From Callorhinchus milii (taxonomy: Eukaryota): a DNA stretch of 64,000 bases. The notes beneath the pieces are model-generated. The model saw only the letters and a program-made list of their open reading frames with translations. It was not told where the DNA came from and made no database searches. The stretch spans positions 64,420,001-64,484,000 of the forward strand of contig NW_024704743.1 in the NCBI RefSeq assembly GCF_018977255.1, in the 5' to 3' direction. Positions within the stretch are counted from its first letter, which is position 1; each line of letters starts with the position of its first letter. Shown here piece by piece: positions 63,508-64,000 of this stretch. The position numbers and the translations under genes are program-made.

Positions 63508-64000
63508 TATTTATACATTTTTGAAAAAGCATTATGTTGATGCTGGCCACATACACTTCTGAAGACAGAAGCGCCCCCAAAGCAGTTCACAAGGGTTTCA
63601 AATCAAGCCAGCTGTCTTATACATTGGACTCACACAATCACAAGACTATCTCAGGTGAAGAAGATCCTTGGGCTCATCCTTCCAGAACACCCATCCTACC
63701 GTTCCACCATCACAGTTTCAAGCTGATTTTTAAATGAGTCCAGTGTCCTGGCCTCAACCACCCTTCCCGGTAACCTGTCCAGTTGTTAATTATCCTCTGG
63801 GTAAAGAAAAATCCAGGTGTCTGTCCTGAAATTGCCCTTGGCAACTCATTCTTTCAGCTTACGGTTTGGCTGCTGGATAGCAAGATACTAACTTAGCTAT
63901 TTTTGTTGTTGAATTATTTGAGGGAGAGGATGGGGGGAAATCTGCCTACAGCATTGCTGTGGATCATACAGCCAATTTTCATTAAAAAAAAGCCAATAAA

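Overview
AT-rich, repeat-dense vertebrate DNA, most likely a cartilaginous fish (inferred from the L2 + CR1 LINEs and Deu-domain tRNA-SINEs). The only host coding sequence I can support is a short terminal exon at 380-457 (+; VFINFARQLEEPLDLTENTETNPLV*) of an ABCA-subfamily transporter (best guess ABCA13), followed by its 3' UTR. The remaining ~62 kb looks intergenic. It holds one near-full-length single-ORF L2 LINE (~17830-21630, -), two long CR1 fragments, many truncated L2/CR1 pieces, two tRNA-SINE families sharing an L2-type tail, two hAT-type MITEs, a long-inverted-repeat element family (3 members) and a CIAO1-like pseudogene fragment. Nearly all ORFs in the supplied track are LINE-derived or spurious. 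I see no clear new protein-coding system. The most interesting signals are retroposition-related: a C-terminal frameshift shared by three young L2 copies, a structured L2 5' leader with splice-like signals, a locally templated 30-bp filler at an L2 junction, and a CIAO1 fragment adjoining a headless SINE. Repeat boundaries are approximate (about +/-20 bp) and family names are from recall, not from database searches.
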